A DNA stretch of 64,000 bases, taken from assembly GCA_051362555.1 (NCBI GenBank), contig CM120641.1, forward strand, positions 558,001 through 622,000, written 5' to 3'. Source of the DNA: Lingula anatina (taxonomy: Eukaryota; Animalia; Brachiopoda). Shown in pieces: positions 12,647-24,400 of the stretch (within the stretch, counting starts at the first letter, position 1; every line of letters begins with the position of its first letter). Position numbers and translations under genes: made by a program. The notes beneath the pieces were generated by a model, which was not told the DNA's origin, searched no databases, and saw nothing but the letters and a program-made list of their open reading frames with translations.

Positions 12647-13763
12647 TTAGTCATTGCAAACATCATTATAGTCATGGCTGCCTAAAATGATATCAGTGGT
12701 GCTGAACTTTTGATGGTACCAATAGAGGTCCCATGCACTAATAAATTCCTCTGCATCAAGGACACCATTTGCATTCTGATCAATTGCATCAAAAATTGGT
12801 TGAATCTCAGCTGTGTTGCGGTGAACAAACAGGAATTTGGAATACTCATCTACTGTCAACTTGCCATTGCAGTCAATATCAAACGTGCCAAACATATCTG
12901 ATGAGATTTCAGCAATCTCCTCTGTTGAAATAGGAATGACTATCTCAGACTCTTGAAGAAATTCTTCCAGTGTAATGTTTGTTTTATAGTTTGTGTATTT
13001 ATTTGACCACCAGACACGAAAGCCATTGGAAAAAATACCATTCACCGCCATAGCTCTCCAAGAAGGCAAAACTTTTTGAGCTCGTTTTGTTGTTAAACCA
13101 ACATATTCTTCTTCAGTAACGATGCCATCTTCATCAACATCAATGATTTCAAAGAATGCTTTGTACTTGGTAACCCAGTAGGAACTAAACTTTCGGTTGG
13201 TGTTCTAAAATATGAAGAAATGATCTTTTATTGGCCAGCCATGCATGTCTTTCACATTAAGAGTTGGTCTCTGGCTATGATTTGTATATCATATTTTGTA
13301 GGTGTATTATTCATTTTAGATATGACATTTTCTTGTATGCATTTTGTTTAAATATTTGAAAACTATTTTTGAATAAGGTTTAAAATGGACATGCAGGATG
13401 AGATGCTGTAATTGTTTTGAACAGATGTATTATTTTTCTTAGAAATGACATTGATTAAGCCAAATTAATATTGGTTTTATGAAAAATTGGTTTCTTGTTT
13501 TGTTCATAAACATGTTGAGTTACCATCCAAGAAAAAATTCTCTTATTCAATGAAATGATACACACTAAAAGGTTACAGACCAGCAGAAAATTCCACCACA
13601 ACTCCCTGTACTTAAGAACCATACTGCCTGCCTGACAATGCTGTCTTAGCTTGTTTCACTAAACCAGTGAACACTTTTCTGGACCTACCTTCAAAATACT
13701 TGAAGAATCAACAGCAAGAACAGCAACCAGTAGGAGCAGACTTATCAGCTTAATGGATACCAT
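12647..13763 (-). CDS. Secreted EF-hand protein, copy 3
   Basis: Signal exon 13689-13763 (MVSIKLISLLLLVAVLAVDSSSILK). Main exon 12647-13204 is in frame from the TAG acceptor; same three EF loops; stop 6 codons later than in copy 1. Confidence 0.72.
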
Positions 13764-14599
13764 TATTTTAAAGTCTGACTTGCCAAGATTTCTAAAACAA
13801 GGGAATCAACAGAAACAAAAAGTAAACAACCAGTATTAGATATAAACCAATTAAGTCCATTTTTAAAGAGATAATCAGGGTTATAAGGGTTATTTGTAAG
13901 TAATAATAATAATGATAAGAAGAAGAATACTCAAATAACTATAGAGTGTTCATTTAAAACTGGAGAATTCCTAGCTGATATTAAAAATATATGCCTGGTC
14001 TTTATGGATCTCTTCTGTCCAGAATCGTTCTTATCTCAGTTGGGAAAATACAAAGCAATGTGGCTCTACAAAGCTGTTACACATGTATTAATAGCACTAC
14101 TACTACATGTAGCACGAAGGGACAAAGCTAGGGTACGTGCCATTTTCATAATAGATATAATGATAAAATATCCCCCAAATGTTATTGAACAGTCCATGCC
14201 TTACCAGTTTTCTGTCCTACAGTTCTTAGATTTGTGCCTTGACTGATGTGTGGCGTTTCTCGGAGGGTGGTGTATTTAAATACAATCATATTGAAATGTA
14301 TTCCAGATAAAGTTTCCCATGTCACGTATTCTTGTCCCCTATTCCTTATGTTTTCAATCCTATTTTACCTGCAGGTTTCAAAGCCCACCTTTATCTAAGA
14401 AAATGTAAGTGCCAAACTACATCTTCATATGGGCTGCCAAGAAAAGAATGTTATACTGCTATCATTTTTCTGCTGGTATGTTACATCATCATAATCTTTC
14501 TCAAAAAGCAACACTAGTCTTCAGTTGCCAGAATTGTTTTATTGTTGTTATTATTATTATTATTATTAAATTAAATCAAACTTACGCAACATCATAACA

Positions 14600-15160
14600 A
14601 CCAAGAAACACCCAGGGACCAACCTGTGTACTGTGGTGACCAATCAATGGTCATTTAGACCTCCCTGCATGACGAGGAAAGGCTGTAACACCCTTCCCGG
14701 CTTTTGCAGTGAAGGCTTCCTGTACCCCGTAGAGAACAAACAACAAGGAGAGACTGTAACATCCTAAACACACTGCCAATCAACAGTCAACTCAGCCTCG
14801 ATCTCCACACGGCAAGGAGAGACCACAACACTTTGCCCGGCTTCCACAGAAGATAATACCTGGTGGCAGTAAATGTAAATCTCCAATCTCCCCTTCCTCG
14901 GTCCACTCCTAGCTGTTTCTTTCACAAAAACGATTCTGGTTTCTCAAAATCATTTTTGACAAATGACACTCATTTCATGTTACCAGGTTTGTTTTTGAAA
15001 AAGGACACTTGTTTCTGGTTGCCAGAATTGTTTTTGGAAAACAAAGCTAGTTTCCAGTTGCCAGGTTCGTTTTTAAAAATGTCACTAATTTCTGGTTGCC
15101 AGGTATGTTTTTGAAAAACAAAACTGGAAACTGTACATTAGACACTATAGCTTCAGTGCT
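14600..15160. repeat. Dispersed repeat family with short internal repeats (tttctggttgccag...ttttgaaaa)
   Basis: Same motifs occur at about 3080-3420, 6250-6900 (reverse orientation) and 9720-10010. Confidence 0.55.
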
Positions 15161-15465
15161 CCACCAACAAAATTAGCATAGATTACACTTATGATGAATT
15201 TTTTATCATTTTAAAATTTTATATCTAATCATTTTTGTTTGTTTGTTTTTTGTTTTCTTTTTATATAGATTATTATGATCCTGATACATTTCTTAAGATT
15301 GCATGATGTTAAATGTTTGGAATTTTGCTGTACTAGTAGTATATAAGGGTACTATTAAGTATTACTCTGTATTTTGGCTTTTTAAGCAAATTTATTTTGA
15401 AGTATAGTATCACACGTTGTTTACTTTAAAAGAATGAAGATGAGATATGCTTATTTTACATAAAG

Positions 15466-18400
15466 GCTTTAACGGGACCCTCTGTGACCATAACATAGAT
15501 GACTGTGCTGTGAACCCCTGCATCAATGCTGTACAGTGTATAGATGGCACTAATGACTTCCTGTGCATCTGCTCACCAGGATGGGCCGGAAAGATGTGTC
15601 ACATTAATGTTGATGAATGTGTCAGCCTCCCCTGTCATAATGGCGGAACATGTCATGATCTGGTCAATGAATACAGGTAAGGTGTTACCATCATCATTCT
15701 AAGGACATCTTATATGTATGCAGTCATTGAATATTAAAAATGATATTCTGAAGAAGATAATGTAGGAAAGAAAACCATTTTTAAATGATAAGTTACAGTT
15801 TATATATACAGTTTTTGAATATAAGAAATATGAAGATAAATATCTTCTGCTTAATGTTGTAGATAGTACACAACTCAAAACAGAATGTATGTTGCTCTTG
15901 CGAAATGCATGATTATTTTCAAAGATTAATATCTCATAATCAATTTAGTGTTGTTTCCTATTATATCTGGTAATTCATATTAATATTCATTGATGAGATT
16001 AGCTGTAAACAATAATGAACATTAACTGCTCCAGCTGTTCAGGGTGGATATTTTCAGCCACATTATAATTCTTAATTCATAATAATGTTCTTCTAATGTA
16101 TTTGAGGACAGATGTTCCTGTCTTGCTGGCTACTCTGGCTCTGAGTGTGAAGAGAATATTAATGAGTGTTCCAGCAGTCCTTGCCTGAACAATGGCACCT
16201 GTCTGGATAGAGTGAACAGCTACACCTGTATCTGCCCTCCAGGTATATATTCTTGTACAGACACACTCTTACTTGGTGGGCTTGATTAGCATGATATGTG
16301 ACAATTGCCATTACATTTTTCATTTATTTACCTCAAAGCTATACTTATTCTTTAGTTTTAAAGAATTAAAATGATAAACTTCTAATCAGTGCTACTGGTC
16401 TGCTCTGGGTACTCCCTGGAAGCTTAACACAATCATCTTGCCATTGATCTGGTTTCAGGATTCAGTGGTACTGTTTGTGAACACGACATAGATGAGTGTG
16501 CATCCCAGCCATGCATGTACGATGGCACATGCACAGATCTGACAGACAACTACATGTGCATGTGCACACCAGGCTACATGGGCAGAAACTGCGAACATGA
16601 TATCAACGAATGCCTGAGTGGGCCGTGTCATAACAATGGTAGCTGTGTTGACATGGTGGATGGCTACTCCTGTCTCTGTCAGTCAGGGTATACTGATGTC
16701 CACTGCACTACTAATGTTGATGAGTGTCACAGTAACCCTTGTTTAAATGATGGTAGGTGAAGAAAAATATGTAACTTTTAATAAACTGCCAATTAGTAAT
16801 TATGTAGTTGCATGTTTATATATAGAGTACTTTAATTATTCTCTTCAGCAAAGATGTACTATAAGTATTCTCCTTTCATTATATATTTTTGTATCTTTCC
16901 TAAAGATCTTTTTTCTGAAATTTAATCTTATTTAATAACACACTCTAAATTTGACAAAACTGGTAATAAGATTGTGTTTTAACCTTTGGATACTAGTACA
17001 TGTATCTGAATCCTAAGATATACTTTGATCATTCTATTTTATAATCAGTTCAGTTTAACTTGTGATTACTTAATATTACAAAATCTGTCTTTAACAAAAA
17101 GCTTCCTGCGTTGATGGTGTGGCTGGTTACAGTTGCCTGTGCAGACCTGGATTCTCAGGAATCCTTTGTGAACAAAATATAGACGAATGTCAATCATCTC
17201 CCTGTATCCATGGCAACTGCTCAGATCTGACCAATGGCTTCAACTGCAGGTAAAGTAAAATAGGCAGGTGCAAAATAACAACTTCAATTTCTTAAAAAGT
17301 TTCATTAGTCTGGTAGATACATGAATTGTTGAATTAATTATTGCACAGACAATGTTTTCCTACCGTCAAATTTTAACAACTAAAAGTAAATTTTCCTCTT
17401 GCACTTACATATTCCACCTACCAATACAAAAATATCTTGAGAAAAATTATCAATGACGGATAAAAATGTAAAGTTTGAGACCTGAGAGTTCTGCTGTTTC
17501 AGTTGTTATCCAGGCTACACTGGCAGAGTATGTAGTGTAGATATTAATGAATGTCTCTATTTCAGTTGTTATCCAGACTACACTGGCAGTGTATGTAGTG
17601 TGGATATTAATGAATGTCTCAATCAACCCTGTCTCTATTTCAGTTGTTATCCAGGCTACACTGGCAGAGTATGTAGTGTGGATATTAATGAATGTCTCAG
17701 TCAACCCTGTCTCTATTTCAGTTGTTATCCAGGCTACACTGGCAGAGTATGTAGTGTGGATATTAATGAATGTCTCAGTCAACCCTGTCTCTATTTCAGT
17801 TGTTATCCAGGCTACACTGGCAGAGTATGTAGTGTGGATATTAATGAATGTCTCAGTCAACCCTGTCTCTATTTCAGTTGTTATCCAGGCTACACTGGCA
17901 GAGTATGTAGTGTGGATATTAATGAATGTCTCAGTCAACCCTGTCTCTATTTCAGTTGTTATCCAGGCTACACTGGCAGTGTATGTAGTGTAGATATTAA
18001 TGAATGTCTCTATTTCTGTTGTTATCCAGGCTACACTGGCAGAGTATGTAGTGTAGATATTAATGAATGTCTTAGTCAACCCTGTCTCTATTTCAGTTGT
18101 TATCCAGGCTACACTGGCAGTGTATGTAGTGTAGATATTAATGAATGTCTCTATTTCAGTTGTTATCCAGGCTACACTGGCAGAGTATGTAGTGTAGATA
18201 TTAATGAATGTCTCTATTTCAGTTGTTATCCAGGCTACACTGGCAGAGTATGTAGTGTAGATATTAATGAATGTCTCTATTTCAGTTGTTATCCAGGCTA
18301 CACTGGCAGAGTATGTAGTGTAGATATTAATGAATGTCTCTATTTCAGTTGTTATCCAGGCTACACTGGCAGAGTATGTAGTGTAGATATTGATGAATGT

Positions 18401-21400
18401 CTCTATTTCAGTTGTTATCCAGGCTACACTGGCAGAGTATGTAGTGTAGATATTAATGAATGTCTCTATTTCAGTTGTTATCCAGGCTACACTGGCAGTG
18501 TATGTAGTGTGGATATTAATGAATGTCTCAGTCAACCCTGTCTCTATTTCAGTTGTTATCCAGGCTACACTGGCAGTGTATGTAGTGTAGATATTAATGA
18601 ATGTCTCGGTCAACCCTGTCTCTATTTCAGTTGTTATCCAGGCTACACTGGCAGTGTATGTAGTGTGGATATTAATGAATGTCTCAATCAACCCTGCTCT
18701 ATTTCAGTTGTTATCCAGGCTACACTGGCAGTGTATGTAGTGTGGATATTAATGAATGTCTCGGTCAACCCTGTCTCTATTTCAGTTGTTATCCAGGCTA
18801 CACTGGCAGTGTATGTAGTGTGGATATTAATGAATGTCTCAGTCAACCCTGTCTCTATGGTGGGACCTGTCATGACCTGGTAAATGGTCATCAGTGTCTG
18901 TGTCTGCAGGGATATACTGGAGAGATGTGTCAGGTGGGCTTCCTGTACTTAAAGATAATTTTGTGCTTTATAAATCATGGTTTTAAGCCAAAGTAGGTTT
19001 ACATTTCAAGTTTTTAAGGGAATGATGGATACGTAAATTATATACCTTGAAAATGTTACAGGTCAGCTAGGAAGAAAACTTCTGATTAGTTTAAACTTGA
19101 GGTGGAAATGGATCAGTTATTCCCCTTTTTCGAGTGCTTGCATGGTGATTAAAAGAGAATGATGTAGTGTTTAATTGATGTCTGTTTTAAAGAATGCTTC
19201 ACTTTAAAATGTGTTTAAATTGTGATAATTCCATAAGCTTTAATTGATATTAAATTTTAGATTTCTATTACTCATTATCATGTTTAATTTGTTTTCACAT
19301 TTAATCCAGACCAACATCAATGAGTGTGACAGTCACCCATGCACTAACAACGGCAGCTGTGTAGACCAGGTCAATGGCTTCCTTTGTCTCTGCGTAAATG
19401 GCTTCACAGGGAACACGTGTGCAGTCAATATAGATGAGTGTGTGTCAAGTCCTTGTGAACACGGAGGCACATGTGCAGATGATATTGCGGGGTACCACTG
19501 CACATGCACGCATGGCTACACAGGACCAACATGCAGAGTTGATGTTGACGAGTGTGTGTCTTCGCCGTGTGAAAATGGCGGAAGCTGTGTTGATGGAATT
19601 GGGGAGTTCTGGTGTAACTGTACTGCAGGTATATGATTTTGAATATTAAGTTAAGAGAGTAGGGGTCAGTAAGTAACAATCATTTGTAACTACTTTTTAA
19701 CTAAACATACTTGCATGTCTAGTAATTGTCTGGCAAGTGCAGATCCAGTTCATGTTTCAGAAAATTGAACAGACTGGATGCAAAAGTTCCATATAAAGAT
19801 ATAATTATTCTAGTGAAGTTTGAAAAACAGCAAAGTCAATATTTTCTGCTCATTGGTCAAAACCATGATATTTATCTTTGCATTCTGAAAAGTTAATTAC
19901 TTACTTACTTATCCCTACCTTCCCTGTTGGGAAATATGGCCACAAAAAGTTAATTGCCATGTGCATGCACTCCAGCACTGTACATGGAGAACTTAAATGA
20001 ACTCATTATCTTAAATGAAATAATTTCAGGATTTTCTGGAAGATATTGTGAGCAGAATGTGAATGAGTGTGCCAGCTCTCCATGTGATAACGGGGCTACA
20101 TGTGTGGACTTGGTGAATGGGTACAACTGCAGCTGCAGGGAGGGGTTTACGGGTATATAATTATATATAGTCTCAAAGTTTTTTTTTTTCAATAATATGA
20201 ATACAACTTAAAATATCAAATGTACTAGCATATTTAAAATATAGTAAATATTTCTTTGTGGTTGAATACAGACAATAATGAGCAGCTATAGGTGTTGGTA
20301 CTGTTAGAACTATGGGTACATTATTTGAGTTATGTTAACAGTACACCTGTAGGATTACAAAGTACACCTGACATATTATGGATCCAAGTCTGTCTCAAAA
20401 GTTCTTCACAATCTCAAAGAATACATTAATTGGCAGGTGTCCGCTGTGAGATCAATATTGATGACTGCAGTCCATCTCGCTGTCAGAATAATGGGACATG
20501 TCAAGATGGCGTAGCAGACTTCCAGTGTATCTGCCCACTTGGATACCATGGCAAGACATGTGCAAACAACACCAACGACTGCGTGCCTTGGCCATGCATC
20601 AACAACGCTACCTGCTACGACCTGGTCCAGGATTACCAGTGTGTGTGTGTGGAAGGTTTCACTGGTAAAGACTGTGAAGAGAATATCAATGAGTGTGAAA
20701 GCAATCCTTGTCAGTCTGCAGGGACTTGTCTTGATGGTGTGGCAGGGTACCGCTGTGTTTGTGTTGATGGTAGGTATAATATTACAATGTGATTGGAGTA
20801 ATCTTTTATAGTAGAGGGCTATGATATACTTTAAGATTACAGTTGAACTTTTAACAGGTTTCAACAGCCAGGAGCTATAGGCACCAGGAATGATACAGTG
20901 TATATAAGGGACCATTCCCAAAGACACATCTGACTAGGTGTGTAATTGGCTTAACTGATTGACACCCCTCCACAAGAAGCTATAAGGGGGTAATTGCTAC
21001 AATGGGGCATCTCATCACATGTCATGGTATACATTTCATGGTTTCAGGCTACACTGGACCACACTGTGAAGTTAACATCAATGAATGTTCCTCCAGTCCC
21101 TGCTACCACAATGGGACATGTCATGGCCTGGTGAACGGCTTCCACTGCGCCTGTGCCCCAGGGTATGCTGGGAAGACCTGTAATGTTGATATAGATGAAT
21201 GTGTCTCTTCTCCCTGTCAACATGACAGCAGCTGTGTGGATATTGTGGATGGATACAGGTAAGATGATATGATATGACAATTTTAATGTCTGTTTTTTAG
21301 AATTTTTATGTCCTATAAGTTATCTTAATCATGCAAAAGTTTATGGCAGGCAAACAGAATGATTTTAAAATGTCAGAAATACAATTGGAAATTTTTATTA

Positions 21401-24400
21401 CTAATATAAAAATGAAATTTGAAGGACAGGCTGATTTTAAGGAATTTCACTAAATCTCAGGTACTTCTAATTCTATAGAATGATTTTTATTTTCTTTTTC
21501 CTTCCGGGAGATCTGTACTCTTGTGGTGCTCAGAGTCTTGAGTACTGATTTGTGTGAATTATATCTTTATTTTATTTCATACAATACTCTAGATGCCTGT
21601 GTTCTGCTGGCTTCACAGGAACAAACTGTGAACAAAACCTCGATGATTGTGAAAACCTGCCATGCCATAATAACGGCACATGTATAGATCTGGTCGCTGA
21701 TTTCAACTGTTCATGTGCTGCTGGCTACACTGGGGACACGTGTGAAGTAGACATCGATGAGTGTGAGGAGAATCCGTGTGTAGAGGGCAGCACTTGCATG
21801 GATGCTGTGGCTGGTTACTCTTGTGTTTGTCTGCCAGGTATGTAGATGGCAGCACCTGTAGGGACGCTGTGGCTGGTTACTTGTGTTTGTCTGCCAGGTA
21901 TGTAGAGGGCAGCACCTGTAGGGACGCTGTGGCTGGTTACTTGTGTTTGTCTGCCAGGTATGTAGATGGCAGCACCTGTAGGGACGCTGTGGCTGGTTAC
22001 TTGTGTTTGTCTGCCAGGTATGTAGAGGGCAGCACCTGTAGGGACGCTGTGGTGTACCGCCTGTGCCTGTCTGCCATGTACATGTATGGAATCCTGGAGC
22101 ATTGCAGTTGTATTGGGGGTTTAAACCCAGCAGGCACTCTTTTGTGACTTTGAAGTCCAATTCTTATTTTGATATTTTAAAAAACCATATGCGGCTGAGT
22201 TACGTAGTTTTTAGGGTGCCACTTTATATATAATTATTTCTCTTTTTCAGCTGCTGGTTATATTTGTGCCAATAGATAAATAGTGATATACCTTTAGAAA
22301 GCAAAAACTAAAAGATTAGAATTAGCTGAAATGTTCCATTGTCAATATTGTGATGCATGATTGTACCAGTACACAATATACATGTAGGCCTGCCTATAAT
22401 CATAACAGATCTTAACAGATATTATGTGTACCTCACACAAACTTGACTGGACGCCTCATTGTATTCCATATTTTTAGGTTACATTGGCCAAAACTGCAGT
22501 CTGAACATAGACGAGTGCCAGAGTGCCCCATGTCACGGCAACTCCACCTGTGAGGACGCAGTGAATGGATACACATGCCACTGTACCCTGGGGATGACTG
22601 GGCCACTCTGTGAGGTGGATATTGATGACTGTCAGGGAGAACCGTGTGATAATCAGGGTACCTGTGTGGACATGTTGAATGGGTTCAGGTAAAAATGTTT
22701 GCATGTTCATTTTTGTTTTAATTTTGTTGAAGTCACATAATGAGTGTTAGGCCTAAGTTATATAGCAGACATTTTGTTTTCCTGTAGATACTATAGTGTA
22801 TAACATGTTCAATACTGTAAACAGAAATATAATCTAAACCATATGAAATAAAATGAAAAACATAAGTGCATTAAGTTTATAATTTTAGTCACTCTCATAG
22901 ATAATGTACAAAAAGACTGGCAAATGTCATTTGTGACTATGAAAATTAGAAATCAATCACTCAGAAATGGAGTCTTAGATTGCACATTTCTAAATGATAA
23001 TGGATAAAGTATACATTGGTGATAAATCTTAGAAAAATTGCTGTTTTTTATTGTCAAAGAAGAGAGTTGAAGAAATGTTTTTTGCAGTATTAAGATCTAT
23101 ACATGTAGTGGGTATGATATATATTTTAAGGCAATAATGCCCTAAATTCATTAAGTCAAAAGGAAAAATTTAAATGTATTTTCCAGATCATTTTGATTCC
23201 CCACCCTAAATTTATTAAACCAAAATGCCATTGTTAATTGTATTTTAATGTCCTACTGCTACATATACATGTAATAATTTGAAAGATAAGTTTTAGGTAG
23301 GGCACATGGCAGTATGAATAATATGAAAATGGCTTTTAAAAAATATTTAAATCAATCCAAAACTATAAGTGTCACTTACAAAATTTACTCTGACTGATTT
23401 GAAAAATATTGTTCAGCTACATATGGTCATAAATAGTTTTAAAATGTCATGATTTGCAAAACCATCATGTGGTGATGTTTATTTTTTATTTTTTATGATC
23501 TCCAGATGTGAATGTACAGCAGGGTATGGCGGAGACACTTGCCAAACAAATCTGGATGACTGTGGAGAGAATCCTTGTGCTGAGAACAGCACATGTCTGG
23601 ACAGAATCAACGTCTACATGTGCGTGTGCACACCAGGGTTCACAGGGAAGAACTGTCAAGTCAACATTGATGAATGTGCGTCTGATCCTTGTATGTATGG
23701 TGGGCAGTGTGTGGATGGCGTCAATGGATATGTGTGTCTCTGCAGTACTGGATACACTGGTAAGAAAACCTGTTTTTTATCTTTTTTCCTTTTTTTTCTT
23801 GAGATTGTTGTAGGCCCTTTTCTTTATTTAAACTGTTTTTCAAGATCAAATACTTGTATGGTATGAGACAATCTTTTGAAGCTTTACAAAGGAAACCATG
23901 TACAAGAATTAATTGAGTTTTGTAAGTTGATGGTTTGACAACCCTGACATTTTGAAATTGTTTTTTCTTTTTCATCTGAGGCCTTTGTTTCTGTGGTCTT
24001 CATTTCAGGTGTTGTATGTGGAGAGATGATAGACTACTGTATTTCCCAGCCATGTCAGAACAATGCTAGTTGTATTCCTTTGATATCTGCATTCAGGTGT
24101 CAATGCCTATCAGGTATTTATGTCAGCTGTTTTTTAAGCAAAACTTTCAATAATTTACATGAAAATGAGGAGATAATCTATTGGAGTTTTTTAAATACTT
24201 GCACAGCTCCAAATTAAATTATGATTGTCATGCATAATTCATATTAAATTGTTTACTTAGTAGTTATTTCTTGTATTTACATCACAGGCTACACAGGCGA
24301 CCTCTGTGAGGAAAATGTCAACTTCTGTGCACAGAACGAATGTGGCATCAACAACACTTGCATAGATGGCGCTGGTGGTTATCAGTGTATTTGTGTTGAA

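Larger units (their letters stand above)
560..14430. repeat. Tandem segmental triplication of an approximately 3 kb unit carrying the EF-hand gene
   Basis: Collinear near-identical blocks at about 560-2870, 3770-5950 and 12520-14430. Flanks 3200-3850 match 9720-10064 plus 12248-12600, and 2660-2790 matches 5720-5845 and 9405-9530. Confidence 0.92.

Noticed and set aside
17450-18691. 413-aa minus-strand ORF ([13 protein letters not shown] repeats) and the 427-aa plus-strand ORF as stand-alone genes
   Set aside because: Both are by-products of a stop-free minisatellite with unit lengths divisible by 3; the sequence derives from an EGF exon junction.
17494-18858. CRISPR-like array
   Set aside because: No unique spacers, eukaryotic intron context and no cas genes; the units are head-to-tail copies.
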